Position numbers and translations under genes: made by a program | From: Hemiscyllium ocellatum | Taxonomy: Eukaryota | Direction: 5' to 3' | Assembly (NCBI RefSeq): GCF_020745735.1 | Contig: NC_083448.1 | Span: forward strand, 12,398,006 to 12,462,005 | DNA length: 64,000 nucleotides | The notes under the pieces: generated by a model | Database searches by the model: none | What the model saw: the letters and a program-made list of their open reading frames with translations, nothing else | Told to the model about the DNA's origin: nothing | Part shown: one piece after another, positions 1 to 60,114 of the stretch | Layout: the number at the start of each line of letters is the position of its first letter | Numbering within the stretch: position 1 is the first letter of the stretch

Positions 1-919
1 GCCTCATGGCCACTATTTTCCACTATTTGCTCAAAGGCAACCTGCTCCTGGTGCCCACTTTTCTCCCAAATCCACTGAAGTTCGTTGGAAAATGTATCAG
101 TTGGGCCAAGCGTTTTGGTTGGTGTTTGTTTCCAACTCAACCAAGTCAGATTCCCACTCCCTTCCCTGAGGAATGAGGTTTGGATTCAGAGGCCTATCTC
201 AAATTTGTTTCCAACCACAAAAGGAAAAGATCTGCTGTTGGACACAGTTCAATGCCCATTTTAAATTACTCATTAGAATTGCAGTTTTTGTGCCAAATGT
301 CATCTTGTGCAACTGGGTGACAAACATACCCAGTTCCCAAATTGTTACCCCTTATGAAAATATGGGACAATTCTGCACAAAACAGTGGGAGTGGCAAAAC
401 AATTGTGATTAATTAGTTCCAAATATGAAACATAGAGGACCTTTTCTAAATAATTAATTCATGGGGCATTGGTATTCTCTGGCTGGGCCATCATTTATTC
501 CTGATCCCTAATGGCCCAGAGGATACAAACAGCAATTTTCCATCAGCATGTTTGGATGAAGAGTCACTGGACATGAACTCTGCTTTCTCGCCACAGATGC
601 TACCAGACAAACTTCACCAATTTGTTTCTGTTTCAGTTCTCCAGCATTGAAAAAATGAAACAAAACTGCCAAAGTTCTAAACATGTCGTCAAAAGAAAAA
701 TAAATAACAAATATGATAACATGAAGGGTCTCCTCAAGCGCTTCAACAGCAGCACTGAAGAAAGAAGTCAACGAGTCCTGCTGCATCTTCCGATTCCCTA
801 ACTAAAAAAAGTCTTCCTTTTGAGATGTATTCATCATTTCAAAAGTGACTTGCAGAATAGTGTTTTAAGTACTCAAAACAACCAAATTAATCTAGCATGT
901 TTAAAAATATCTAGTTTCA

Positions 920-2882
<1,963 letters not shown>

Positions 2883-3209
2883 CCTCCTTCCCGGCCCGGG
2901 CCGCCGCGAGACAGCGACTGATCGCCGAAACCCCGACAGAAGTCACCGACAACAATAATTTACAAGAGAGGAGCCATCAGCTGCGTATCCGCTTCCGATC
3001 GACCCAGCCGAAACTAACACCGGATGTGATGTCCGAGGAGTTCACACCCGCCCTCGGCGCTTCCTGGTGATTGGTGACATCTGCACTTGATGGGCGTAAC
3101 GGGTCCGCGAATCGGAAGCAGGCGCTGGCGAGTCCTCCAACCAATCCGGAGCAGGGGTGGCTGAGGGGGCTGGCGCGTCTGTCGAGGGCAGGTCAGCCGC
3201 GCGCCCGGG
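2883..3209. promoter_or_regulatory. Bidirectional CpG-island promoter shared by TMEM127 and CIAO1
   Basis: GC/CpG-rich about 2640-3620; oppositely oriented CCAAT boxes (ATTGG 3070-3074, CCAAT 3141-3145); ETS/GABP-like GCTTCCG 2991, CCGGATGT 3020, CGGAAG 3113; GC box CCCGCCC 3047; no TATA. Confidence 0.8.
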
Positions 3210-3348
3210 ATGAAACGGCGGTTGGCGCTCGAGGCGCGTTTCTCGGCGCACCCGGACTCGCGGGCCTGGTATGTGGCCTGGAGCCCGAGCGGGACGCTGC
3301 TCGCTTCGTGTGGAGGCGACCGGGCGGTGCGGATTTGGGCCAGAGAAG
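3210..3348 (+). CDS. CIAO1: CIAO1 exon 1
   Basis: [20 protein letters not shown]...IWARE; donor GTGCGA. Confidence 0.94.
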
Positions 3349-6300
3349 GTGCGAGCGGCTTTCCCCATCGATCGGCCGGGGCGGGTTGTACACGGGGCCT
3401 GGACTTTCATTCTCCTGACTTTATTTCTGTTTCCCCCACCCCAGGGTCTTCCTGGCTGTGCAAGTGCCTCCTGGAAGATGGGCACCAGCGGACCGTGCGG
3501 AAGGTCTCCTGGTCGCCGTGCGGTACCTACCTTGCTTCGGTCAGCTTCGACGCCACCACCTGCATCTGGAGGAAGAAGGAGGCCGTGTTTGAGGTAGCGC
3601 ACCCCGAGCTCCAGCTGTGACACTTAATGGCTGCCAGTGTGCCCCCCCCCACCCCTTCATGGAGGTGGACATCGAGATGACCCTTGAAGTGGAGGGTGGG
3701 GGGAGGATCTTGACAGGAACGGTGTGGAGAGGATGTACCCTCTTCGGGCAGACCGCAGAGCCCACAAATTCAGAGAGGCCAAGGAAAGGTTGGCCTTGTG
3801 TCCAAAGCGGGGATGTTCTGCTCAGATTGTGTCCAGGGGGACATATGCACTGCCAATTGGAGGCAGGCCAGAGAAGGTTCACTCGGTTGGGTATGGAAGG
3901 ACTGAGCGAGGAGATTTAGGGCGGCACAGTGGTTAGCACTGCTGCCTCACAGCGCCAGAGACCTGGGTTCAATTCCCACCTCAGGCGACTGACTGTGTGG
4001 AGTTTGCACGTTCTCCCCGTGTCTGCGTGGGTTTCCTCCGGGTGCTCCGGTTTCCTCCCACAGTCCAAAGATGTGCGGGTCAGGTGAATTGGCCATGCTA
4101 AATTGCCCATAGTGTTAGGTAAGGGGTATATGTAGGGGTAGGGGTATGGGTGGGTTGCGCTTCGGCGGGTCGGTGTGGACTTGTTGGGCCGAAGGGCCTG
4201 TTTCCACACTGTAAGTAATCTAAAATCTAAATGTTGTGGAGGTTGGGCGTGGACCCGTTGAAGTATAGAAGAGTGAGAGGTGACCCTGCAGAAAGGTGAA
4301 ACATTCCTAGGGCTATTGGCAGGGTAAGTCGTTGAGAGGTTGATTCACCTTGCAGAGCAGTCCAAGTCTGGAGTGCACAACCTCAGACTGCAGAATGGTC
4401 CATTTAAGACAGATGTGGAGGAAATTTTTCTCCCAAAGTACAGTGAATCGCTGAAATTCTTCACCGCAGAGGACTGGCAAGGCTGGGTTATTTAAGGATG
4501 AGATTGACAGATTTTTAATAACTGAGAGAATTGAGAGTTATGATCAGCCAAGTCACTGGGCTGAATAGCCTACTTCTGCTTCTGTGTGTTATGGTATGAT
4601 TTAAATAACATGGAATACAAAGAGAACTGATCTTTTTGAGACAAAGTTGGCTTGTAGGTAGGAGACAGAGAGTGCTGTCAGAGGGTTGCTTTTAGGATTG
4701 GAGGTCATTGACTATCGGTGTGCTGCTAACATGGGTCCTGGGTCTGCTGCTTTCTGTAATTTGCATAAATGATTTGGATGTGAACATAGATGGTATGGTT
4801 AGTAAGTTTTGCATATGACACCTCAGAATACAACAGCTCCACGATAACTTAGGCTGAGGAGTGGCAGATGAAGTTGAACTGAGATAAATATGAGATGTGA
4901 CATTTTGGTAAGGCAAATCAGGGCAGAATTTATACACTTAATGGAAAGGTCCTGAGGTGTATTGCTAAATAAAGAAGCCTTGTAGAGCAGGTTCAGAGTG
5001 CTACGACATGGGTTAAACCCTCCTGCTTAATTTAAACCAGCAACACAGAAAAGATTCATCCTGTGCAGTAATCTATGAAAATTTGAGAGGCCAAAAACTA
5101 TTTAAATTAAAAATTAACAACTTTATTTCTTAAAGTATAACAGAATAATTAACAAACGACTATTTACAGCTCCTTCCTTGAACCAATCTTTTACCTTCCC
5201 TTCGATAATACTAGTCCGATAAACCACCCCCGATTAAAGTTTACCAAAGAATCAAGTTTTCAAATCCGCCCAGCTGTCAGATCTTCTATTTGGATCTTCC
5301 TGTGTCTTTTCTTTTTAGGGATTATGCTTCACAGGTTGCTGCTTGATAAAGGTACCTTTAAGAGAGCTATTCTCTGGCAGCTGCAGATGTCATTGGCTTA
5401 GCAGTTCTCCTCTCAATTGTTCAATTTTCTCCGGTCTTATACCCCCAGAGCATCGGATTCTGTCATCAGCTTTTAAAAGATCTGTGTCCATATTGTACAA
5501 CTCTTATCACTCCAGAAGACACAGATGATCAAAGTTTTGGGAGGAGATTTGTAGCTCGGATGCTCATTGTTGTGGTTCTGTTCGCCGAGCTGGGAGTTTT
5601 TGTTGCAAACGTTTTATCCCCTTTCTAGGTGACATCCTCAGTGCTAGGGAGCCTCCTGTGAAGCGCTTCTGTGATGTTTCTGTGAAGCTCCCAAGCACCG
5701 AGGATGTCACCTAGAAAGGGGACGAAATGTTTGCAACAAAAACTCCCAGCTCGGCGAACAGAACCACAACAGACACAGATGAGCTGAGCACCCAATTAAT
5801 CCTGTCGCTGTTACTGCATTATTGCCCCTCCTTCCCCAACCTTGATTCCTCTTAACTTGCTGTCCTCCCTACTCTTCCTCTTCTCCCTTAGCTTTCCTCC
5901 CTCCCATACCTTCCTCATGTCAGCCCCCCTGCACGCTTCATCCTTTCTCTCTCCTGCCCCATCTCCATCTGCCCTCCAGCACACACTCTTTTTCAATACT
6001 AGGCCCTTGCATCGCTCTCCAACTCTTCACTTCCTCCAGAAAACTGCCAAGAGCATTGTATTATTATAGTCTGAATCTTTATGTTGAGAGAATGTTTTCA
6101 AAAATAATATGACGACATTTTTGGGAGCAGTTTTATAGATGACTTGAACCTCAGGTAAGACGAAAATATGTTAAATCAATGTGTTAGTTACATTGGTGCT
6201 TCTGTGAACTGATCGAAGCAGTAAATTTGGCATACGTTTGAGTGTTAAGATTCTCAGGTTTGGTGTTTGTTTTCATAGCTTTTGACAACACTGGAAGGAC

Positions 6301-9300
6301 ACGAGAATGAAGTGAAATCTGTAGCCTGGGCTCCATCTGGCAGTCTTCTTGCAACATGCAGCAGGGATAAAAGTGTATGGGTTTGGGAAGGTGAGATACT
6401 TTGAATTTAGCGTCTTTGAAAATGCCATTTTGCAAAGCACCTGAGACATGTCTGAAAGGGTGGGAAAAGCAGAAACCCCATAATACTTAAGTAGCTGAAT
6501 ATGTGCTTGAGGTTCTGACTTTCATAAGCTTGAACTCAGCTTCTACAAACATGATGGGCCAAATAGCCTCCTTTGTGTTTTAAATTTGCGTAATACAGTG
6601 GGATAAACCTTGGCAGTCTAGTCTTGAAAGTCACCAAATATATTGGCATTGTGGATAAAAGGTGTATTTTGTTATTTATTCTGTCATGTTAAGGCTCAAC
6701 CACAGTAGATAGCTGCCTACTAAGGATTGCATGTTTTTATACCAAAAAAGCATCCATCAATCAGATAGGATATTATGCAAATTAATAGTTTTATAGTTAG
6801 CTATGCTGCTGAGATGGTTTATGATTGCATACTTGATTAACTCTAATTAAATTTGACTGGCTCTCATGATCCTAATCCACTTCCTATCAGTTCAGAGTGT
6901 AATGATGTCACATCTGTACTGTCAACTCCTTCAAAGATTGTGTGTAGTCTGAAGGATGACAACAAGGACAAGATTTAATAAGATATGTAGATGGGAGCAA
7001 AGTGTTGTAAAGAGTCATAGAGATGTACAGCATGGAAACAGACCCTTTGGTCCAACCCGTCCATGCCGACCAGATATCCCAACCCAATCTCGTCCCACCT
7101 GCCCATATCCCTCCAAACCCTTCCTATTCATATACCCATCCAAATGCCTCTTAAATGTTGCAATTGTACCAGCCTCCACCACTTCCTCTGGCAGCTCATT
7201 CTATACATGTACCACCCTCTGACCGAAAAAGTTGCCCCTTAGGTCTCTCTTATATTTTTCCCCTCGCACCATAAACCTATGCCGTCCAGTTCTGGACTCC
7301 CCCACCCCAGGAAAAAAACACTTTGTCTATTAATCCTATCCAGGCCCCTCATTATTTTATAAATCACTATAAGGTCAACCCCCAGCCTCCAATGCTCCAG
7401 GGAAAACAGCCCCAGCTTGTTCAGCCTCTCCCTATAGCTCAAATTCTCCAACCCCGGTAATATCCTTGTGGTTCTTTTCTGAACCCTTTCAAGTTTCACA
7501 ACATCTTTACGATAGGAAGGAGACCAGAATTGCACATGGTATTCCAACGGTGGCCTAACCAATGTCCTTTACAGCCACAACATGACCTCCCAACTCCTGT
7601 ACTTGATACCCTGACCAATAAAGGAAAGTATACCAAACGCCTTTTTCACTGTTCCTATCTACCTGCACTTTCAAGGAGCTATGAACCTGCACCCCAAGGT
7701 CTCTTTGTTCAGCAACACTCCCTACGACCTTACCATTAAGTGTATAAGTCCTGCTAAGATTTGCTTTCCCAAAATGCAGCACCTTACATTTATCTGATTT
7801 CATCTGCTACTTCTCAGCCCAATGGCCCACCTGGTCCAGATCCTGTTGTAATCTGAGGTAACCCTCTTGGCTTTCCACTACACCTCCAATTTTGATGTCA
7901 TCTGCAAACTTACTAACTGTATCTCTTATTCTTGCATCAAAATCATTCATGTAAATGACAAAAAAGGAGAGGAGCCAGCACCGATCCTTGTGGCACTCCA
8001 CTGGTCACGGGCCTCCAGTCTGAAAAACAACCCTCCACCACCACCCTCTGTCTTCTACCTTTGAGCCAGTTCTGTATCCAAATGGCGAGTTCTCCCTCTA
8101 TTCCATGAGATCTAATCTTGCTAATCAGTCTCCCATGGGGAACCTTGTTGAATGCCTTACTGAAGTTCATATAGATCATATCTACTGCTCTGCCCTCATC
8201 AATCCTCTTTGTTACTTCTTCAGAAAACTCAATCAAGTTTGTGAGACATGATTTCCCATGCACTAAGCCATGTTGACTATCCCTAATCAGTCCTTGCCTT
8301 TGCAAATACATGTCCATCCTGTCCCTCAGGATTCCCTCCATCAACTGGGCACAATAAACATTGAGTGGATGCAAGGGTCAAAACTTTCAACATCAATAAT
8401 AAAGCAAAATGCCATATATGTTTTTGTAAACTGCGGGCCTGTCGCAGACTCAACTGTCTGAAATTAGTAGTGCATGCTGCTAAGGGATTACGGTTCAGTT
8501 CATTGAGTAAGGACTCTATGAAAAACTGTTCATGGCATTCTCATTTGCTTTTTAGTGGATGAAGATGATGATTATGAGTGTGTGAGTGTACTGAATGCTC
8601 ATACTCAGGATGTCAAACATGTCATCTGGCACCCAAAGGGAGAGGTAAGAGTTCTCAAGAACCACATGGTTTACATTCCTCACTGCTGTTCTTAATTGTT
8701 TGCAGTATCTGTGTCTTTTGATTTAGATTGGATATATTGTCTTATGAGCCAGATATGGTGTACCTTTTCAACGATGCAATGTAGTAAAGACTGTACAACT
8801 AACTGTTAATGTGTATTTCTCAATTCAACACTAGTTCCTGGCTTCTGGAAGCTATGATAACAGCATTAAACTATACAAGGAGGAAGATGATGACTGGGTC
8901 TGTGTTGACACTCTTGAAGGTCATGAGTCTACAGTTTGGAGCATTGCATTTGATAAAACTGGGGAGCATTTGGTATCTTGCAGTGATGACAAAACTGTTA
9001 AAATTTGGAAAGCATACAGGCCTGGCAATGAACAAGGTAAAGTGACTGAGCTGAGCATTGTACTATTCTTTTGGGGCTTTGTCAGTAAACTGGTTAATTG
9101 GGAACATGGGTAGTTGGTGGAGATGGATAACAGGTGGTGGGGGAAAGAAACCATTTCAGTTGTCTGTAATGACACTTGTTCATGGGGAAAAAAATGAACC
9201 TGACATCGAATATACTGGTGGTTACTCAAATCCTGTGTGCTGCAAGCTCCCATTTTAGCTGTGACAATCCATTCCACTGATGCTTGTGTGGAGGACTGGG

Positions 9301-10466
9301 CTCGGCTGCTTCAGTTGCCATGGCTTCTGGCCTAGAATTTTCATCAGAAACCACCCCCCCACCCTCAAGCCATGTAGGAAACTTGTTCTGTGATCTCTGT
9401 TAGATGTGAGGTTTGTGACTTGCATTAGGGTTGGCAGAGAAGATTCCACTCATCTGGTTCTGCCTCAAGTAATGTTGTCACAAATGAGATGACATTTGAG
9501 TCAGTATTCAAGATATCAAGAAAATTATGCAGCACTATCAAAAATGGATTATTTATGAAAAAGTTTTGTATCATTGGTAAAACAAGTGCTTCATTTTTTT
9601 GACTCTTAATCTTCAAAATTGAAACACTGCAACATTTTGTGTGATGGGAGTCGTCTCAATTTGACATGATTATCTTTTTGGTGCAGGTGTGATATGCAGT
9701 GGATCAGATCTGTCTTGGAAATGTGTCTGCACTCTATCTGGGTTTCACAGTCGTCCTATCTATGACATCTCCTGGTGAGTTCAAAGTCATTATTCTGTCA
9801 GTAACCTTTTTAAAAGGCAAGTTCCCCATTTGAAATGCTTTTATGATTGTTAGATCAACGCCACTCTCATTCTGCCTGGTGTGAAGGAACAGGATAGTTG
9901 GAACCACTTGGCCCAGCATCTCTCTTATGGATCTCAAGTAGAAATAATCATGGGATTCTTCAATTTCCAAAGCCCTATAACTTACAACTTCTCCAGTTTC
10001 AAATATATTTATCAAGTTTTAAACATTGAACCTGTTGCTTCCAGATTCTCACTTGCTGCATTTAATTTTTTTTGTGGCTTTTCACCAATCAAGAGTGTTC
10101 TTGATTAATTATCACAGTGATACGAGTTTATTCATATTAACTCTATTTAAACTCTTGATGTTGAACACCCTCCTTGGGTCAGATCAAAATGTCTGTCTAG
10201 CGATGTGTTTACTTAGTCTCATTTCTTTCAGGTGTCACATGACTGATGCGATAGCAACTGCATGTGGTGATGATGCAATCAGGATATTTGAGAAGGACCC
10301 TGGTTCAGACCCACACCAACCCACCTTTTCATTAATGGCCCACATTGCAAAAGCACACACTCAGGATGTCAATTGTGTGGCTTGGAACCCCAAGCAAGCT
10401 GGCTTGTTGGCTTCCTGCAGTGATGATGGGGACATTGCTATCTGGATATACGAGTTTGAAGATTAA
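3210..10466 (+). CDS. CIAO1: Cytosolic iron-sulfur assembly component 1 (WD40), 337 aa; join(3210-3348,3445-3593,6279-6390,8556-8644,8835-9036,9687-9774,10232-10466)
   Basis: Motifs [74 protein letters not shown]; exons sum to 1014 nt, all GT-AG. Confidence 0.97.
3445..3593 (+). CDS. CIAO1: CIAO1 exon 2
   Basis: [20 protein letters not shown]...AVFE. Confidence 0.94.
3760..4600 (+). mobile_element. Old CR1 LINE 3' fragment interrupted by the HE1 SINE
   Basis: [15 protein letters not shown] before the SINE; ORF2 C-terminus and 3'UTR-like sequence after it. Confidence 0.6.
3918..4230 (+). mobile_element. Full-length HE1-like V-SINE
   Basis: A box TGGTTAGCACT, B box GGTTCAATTCC, V-domain GTGGAGTTTGCACGTTCTCCCCGTGTCTGCGTGGGTTTCCTCCGGGTGCTCCGG, LINE-like tail GGGCCGAAGGGCCTGTTTCC, AATCTA repeats. 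Confidence 0.9.
4655..4995 (+). mobile_element. CR1 RT fragment
   Basis: INDLD..I..MVSKFA motif and similarity to other copies. Confidence 0.7.
4999..5480 (-). mobile_element. Possible truncated solo LTR
   Basis: Begins TG exactly where the CR1 breaks off; minus strand has TATA-like GTATAAG (about 5437-5443), then AATAAA (about 5122-5127), then terminal CA. Confidence 0.35.
5529..5770. mobile_element. Penelope-like fold-back element with hammerhead remnants (family C)
   Basis: 85 bp near-perfect inverted arms 5568-5652/5687-5771; 12 bp TSD AGACACAGATGA at 5517-5528 and 5771-5782. Confidence 0.8.
6279..6390 (+). CDS. CIAO1: CIAO1 exon 3
   Basis: [21 protein letters not shown]...VWVWE. Confidence 0.94.
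7011..8346 (-). mobile_element. CR1 (HER1-like) LINE, 5'-truncated
   Basis: [45 protein letters not shown]; frameshifted; CTCTATGA tail. Confidence 0.92.
8556..8644 (+). CDS. CIAO1: CIAO1 exon 4
   Basis: [30 protein letters not shown]. Confidence 0.94.
8835..9036 (+). CDS. CIAO1: CIAO1 exon 5
   Basis: [14 protein letters not shown]...GHESTVWS...PGNEQ. Confidence 0.94.
9687..9774 (+). CDS. CIAO1: CIAO1 exon 6
   Basis: [29 protein letters not shown]. Confidence 0.94.
10232..10466 (+). CDS. CIAO1: CIAO1 exon 7 (to stop)
   Basis: [20 protein letters not shown]...IWIYEFED*. Confidence 0.94.
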
Positions 10467-10682
10467 TGCAAGCATGCAATCACGTGAAAATGTTACATAT
10501 CCGTACCAATGCCTTGTATACGCACTGTCTAGTCTGGAATTAATCACCATGACACATTTACCCATTTTCACATTTGCACTAGTTATGTTTCCACTCAATG
10601 GTCATGTTCTGTCTTTCTCTAATCTGGCTGGAGCTTAACAATTTAACATTAACAATTTGTTTACTCTTTCATTTGGAAGACA

Positions 10683-10688
10683 ATTAAA
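10683..10688 (+). terminator. Candidate CIAO1 polyadenylation signal (ATTAAA)
   Basis: Variant hexamer about 220 nt after the stop, followed by GT-rich sequence. Confidence 0.4.
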
Positions 10689-11250
10689 ATCACTGTTGAG
10701 TGTAAATGTATTTAGGCTTGTACACAACTGGTAGACAACTATTGCATATTGCGAATAGATTCTTCAGATGTACATCTGTGGTTTGAAACAATTTCTGTAC
10801 AGGAGTGGCAGATTTGTCAAGCTTTTATAAATGGGGAAGAATACTTAACAGACAACTAGAATTTGTACATTCCAACTGCACTGGTCAAAGCAGCAGCACT
10901 CGTACTGGGCTTCCTCAAAGCCTTCCCTCGTGTAAGTCTGTACTCCAGCCCCATAACCTGTCAAGTTCAGACATATTTCAAATCTGCAATTTGTTGTTGT
11001 GCTTTCATAGCTTGTTATGGTTATGGGCAGGTTCTTAAACTATGTTGCGAGCTTGTGCACATACACCTGCAGTGCAACTTGATGGGAGTATGAGGACTTT
11101 GATCAGTGACAGTGATAATTATTGCAGAGTTTCAAGTTGGTGAGAGTGCAAGGGGCAGGTAATCGTGCTTCAGCTACCCTGTTTGGTTGAGAGATATGAG
11201 CTGAAAATGTGTAACCTTGAGCAGCGTGTTCCAATCCCACTCATCATTGA

Positions 11251-12436
11251 TCATATAGATGTAGAGCACGGATCCAGACTGTTCCAACCAGATATCCCAC
11301 TTGTCAGCACCCGGTCCATATCCCTCCAAACCCTTCCTATTCATATACCTTTTAAATGTTGCAATCGTACCAGCCTCCACCACTTCCTGTTGCAGCTCAT
11401 TCCATACCCACACCACCCTCTGCATGAAAAAGTTGCCCTTAAGGTCTCTTTTATATCTTTCCCCTCTCACCCAAAACCTAGGCCTTCCAGTTCTGGACTC
11501 CCTCACCTCCAGGGAAAAGACCTTGTCTAAGTGGTCTGTACATGCCCTTCATGATTTTATAAACCTCGATTAAAGGTCACCCCCCCAGCCTCTGACACTC
11601 CAGGGAAAACAGCCCCAGCCTGTAGCTCAAATTCTCCAGTTCTGGCACCATCCTTGTAAAACTTTGCTAAACCCTTTCAAGTTTCACAACGTTTTTGCGA
11701 TAGGAAGGAGACCAGAATTGCACGCAATATTCCAACAGTGGCCTAACCAATGTCCTGTACAGCGGCAACATGACCTCCCAATTCCTGTACTCAATACTTT
11801 GCCCAATAAAGGAAAGTATACCAAACGCCTTCTTCACTATCCTATCTACCTGTGACTCCACTTTCAGGGAGCTATGAACCTGCACTCCAAGGTCTCTGTT
11901 CAGCAACACTCCCGAGGACCTTACCATTAAGTGTATAAGTCCTGCTCAGATTTGCTTTCCCAAAAGTGCAGCACCTTGCATTTATCTGAATTAAACTCCA
12001 CCTGTTCAAATCCAAATCATTTACAAAAATCACAATGTAGTGAACCCAGCACCAATCCTTGTGGCACTCCACTACTCACAGGCCTCCAGTCTGAAAAAAA
12101 CCCTCTAGCACCACCCACTGTGTCTTCTACCTTCAAGCCAGTTGTGTAGCCAAATGGCTAGTTCTCAGTGTTCCATGAGATCTAACCTTGCTAACCAGTC
12201 TCCCATGGGGAATCTTGCTGAACACCTGAGGTCTATATAAATTATATCCACCACTCTGCTCTTACCAATTCTCTTTGTTACTCTTCAAAAAGCTCAATCA
12301 AGTTTGTGAGACATTACTTCCCAAACACACAGCCATGTTGATTATCCCTTATCAATCCTTGCCTTTCCAAATACATGTAAATCCTGTCCCTCAAGATTCC
12401 CTTCCAACAACTTATCCACCACTGATGTCAGGCTCA
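11251..12436 (-). mobile_element. CR1 LINE, 5'-truncated, internally deleted
   Basis: [37 protein letters not shown]. Confidence 0.92.
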
Positions 12437-13281
12437 TTATCATTTGATTAAAAGAAGCCTAATGTTCATGACAATGATCAGCAACTCCGTTACGGTTTGC
12501 TATTCAGTGTCAAAGGAAAACAGACATGGGCTGGCAATTTTGTCACCTCAATGTTTTATTAAAGTCCAGATCTTGAAGCACAAACATCCCAACTTGTAAC
12601 TTTACATCATTGTGAAGTTAATGATGAAGGAGCTGCTGGCTGGTCTCAGGGCCCTGGCCTGGGACCGAGATGATTAGGTTTCAATCTGCACACCCATCTT
12701 GTGCTCTTTATGACACAAAGGAGCAGAGTTATTACCTACTGAAGATCCTGAATCTGATATTGCTTTCAGGTTCAGGGCTGTCACTTGCATTTAAACTCAA
12801 GTGCAATCCTCTTGCTCATGCTTGGATCATGGATTTGTAGAAAAAAAAATTCAGGTTGCAAGTGCTGCTCAGAGAAGCCAAATTGAGTAGTATCATGCAT
12901 GCTTACTCTGTGTCCATGTGAATCAAAACAGGTTGACAATTACTGTTATGTGCCTGTAACTTTAAGTAAGGTTTCTACATTACAGATGACCTGGGCCAAG
13001 AGAGGACAAAGACTGTTGAGTCATTCCATTGTGTCTGATGTTTTGAAATTGAAATGGACACTTTTTGAAACCAAATTTTGAATTGTCTCCATGTGTTGCT
13101 CACGTGAAGTTCAGTCAATCTCTAAACTCAACAATGTCTAACAGACTGACCAAAATAATGTTGATCTTTCTCCTGGAAACTGATACAATGGAGCACAAAA
13201 CACTTGAAAAAGACGTGTGTGGTAACTATCACATGAAACATTTGTAGTTGAAACAGAAACCAGTTAATTTAAAATTAAACA

Positions 13282-13287
13282 TTTATT
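13282..13287 (-). terminator. Likely SNRNP200 polyadenylation signal (AATAAA)
   Basis: AATAAA on the minus strand about 390 nt after the stop, with T/GT-rich sequence downstream; a second AATAAA at 12555-12560. Confidence 0.6.
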
Positions 13288-13672
13288 AGGGCCAACCTTT
13301 CATCACAATGAATAGGGTACAAAGCTATCACAACTCACTTAGAGACCAGACAAAACTTAATAAAACTGTACATTAGCAAGGAGTTTGTAGGGGGTTAAAA
13401 GAAAAAGCAGGTAGCAAAAACTTGGTCCAAATGCAATTCTTAAAACGTATAACAAATTACTGCAGCCCTACATTCAAAATTTGTGTTCTGAACTGTAGAC
13501 CCTGAACTAAAGTATTAAGCAACGTTGCTGTTGAAGGAAGATGGTATGTAGTCACTGCAAAAAAAAACCTTCATTTTTAGGTAAATCCTTGCAGAAACAG
13601 TATGTAACCATGTCTCAGTGATGGATGATCTTCAGAGCAGTTCTTACAACGTCATGAATTGCAAGTGGATGT

Positions 13673-59771
<46,099 letters not shown>

Positions 59772-60095
59772 GGCCGCTGGACTCCCCCTTCACCACCGGA
59801 TGGCACCGGAACCTGACCCCTGACCCCTGACCAACCCCCTCGGGCCGCGGCACATTCCCCTTCCGGGTCAAAGCCCAACCGTCTCCATGGGAACGGGAAA
59901 CCTGCCGACGTCCCTTCGCATTGCGTGAGTTTATTTTCCCCCCTGGCGGTGGACGATGACAGTATGCCTGGCCAGCAGTGTTTATTTGTATTTATATATT
60001 TATTTTATCGTTCTTTCGCCACGGTAAACAGCGATAATCTCTCCGCCCTGTCCAAGAGGCGCAGTGGCTGTCGCCCGCCATTTTAGACACGAACC
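59772..60095 (-). promoter_or_regulatory. SNRNP200 CpG-rich promoter/5'UTR
   Basis: CpG-rich; ETS-like CTTCCGG about 59860; RFX X-box-like GTCTCCATGGGAAC 59881-59894; YY1-like CGCCATTTT about 60076-60084; (TGACCCC)n 59814-59832. Confidence 0.65.
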
Positions 60096-60114
60096 AGCTA
60101 TTTTTAATTATTAT

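Noticed and set aside
640-760. Possible final TMEM127 exon after ctttcttcAG
   Set aside because: Translation does not resemble the expected VLQCATVIGF...PPPAY exon
3918-3990. tRNA gene
   Set aside because: A/B boxes continue into the V-SINE body and LINE-like tail; it is a SINE head
5529-5770. Classical MITE or pre-miRNA reading of the hairpins
   Set aside because: TSDs are long and variable (11-17 bp), arms are asymmetric relative to the element ends, and they contain hammerhead cores
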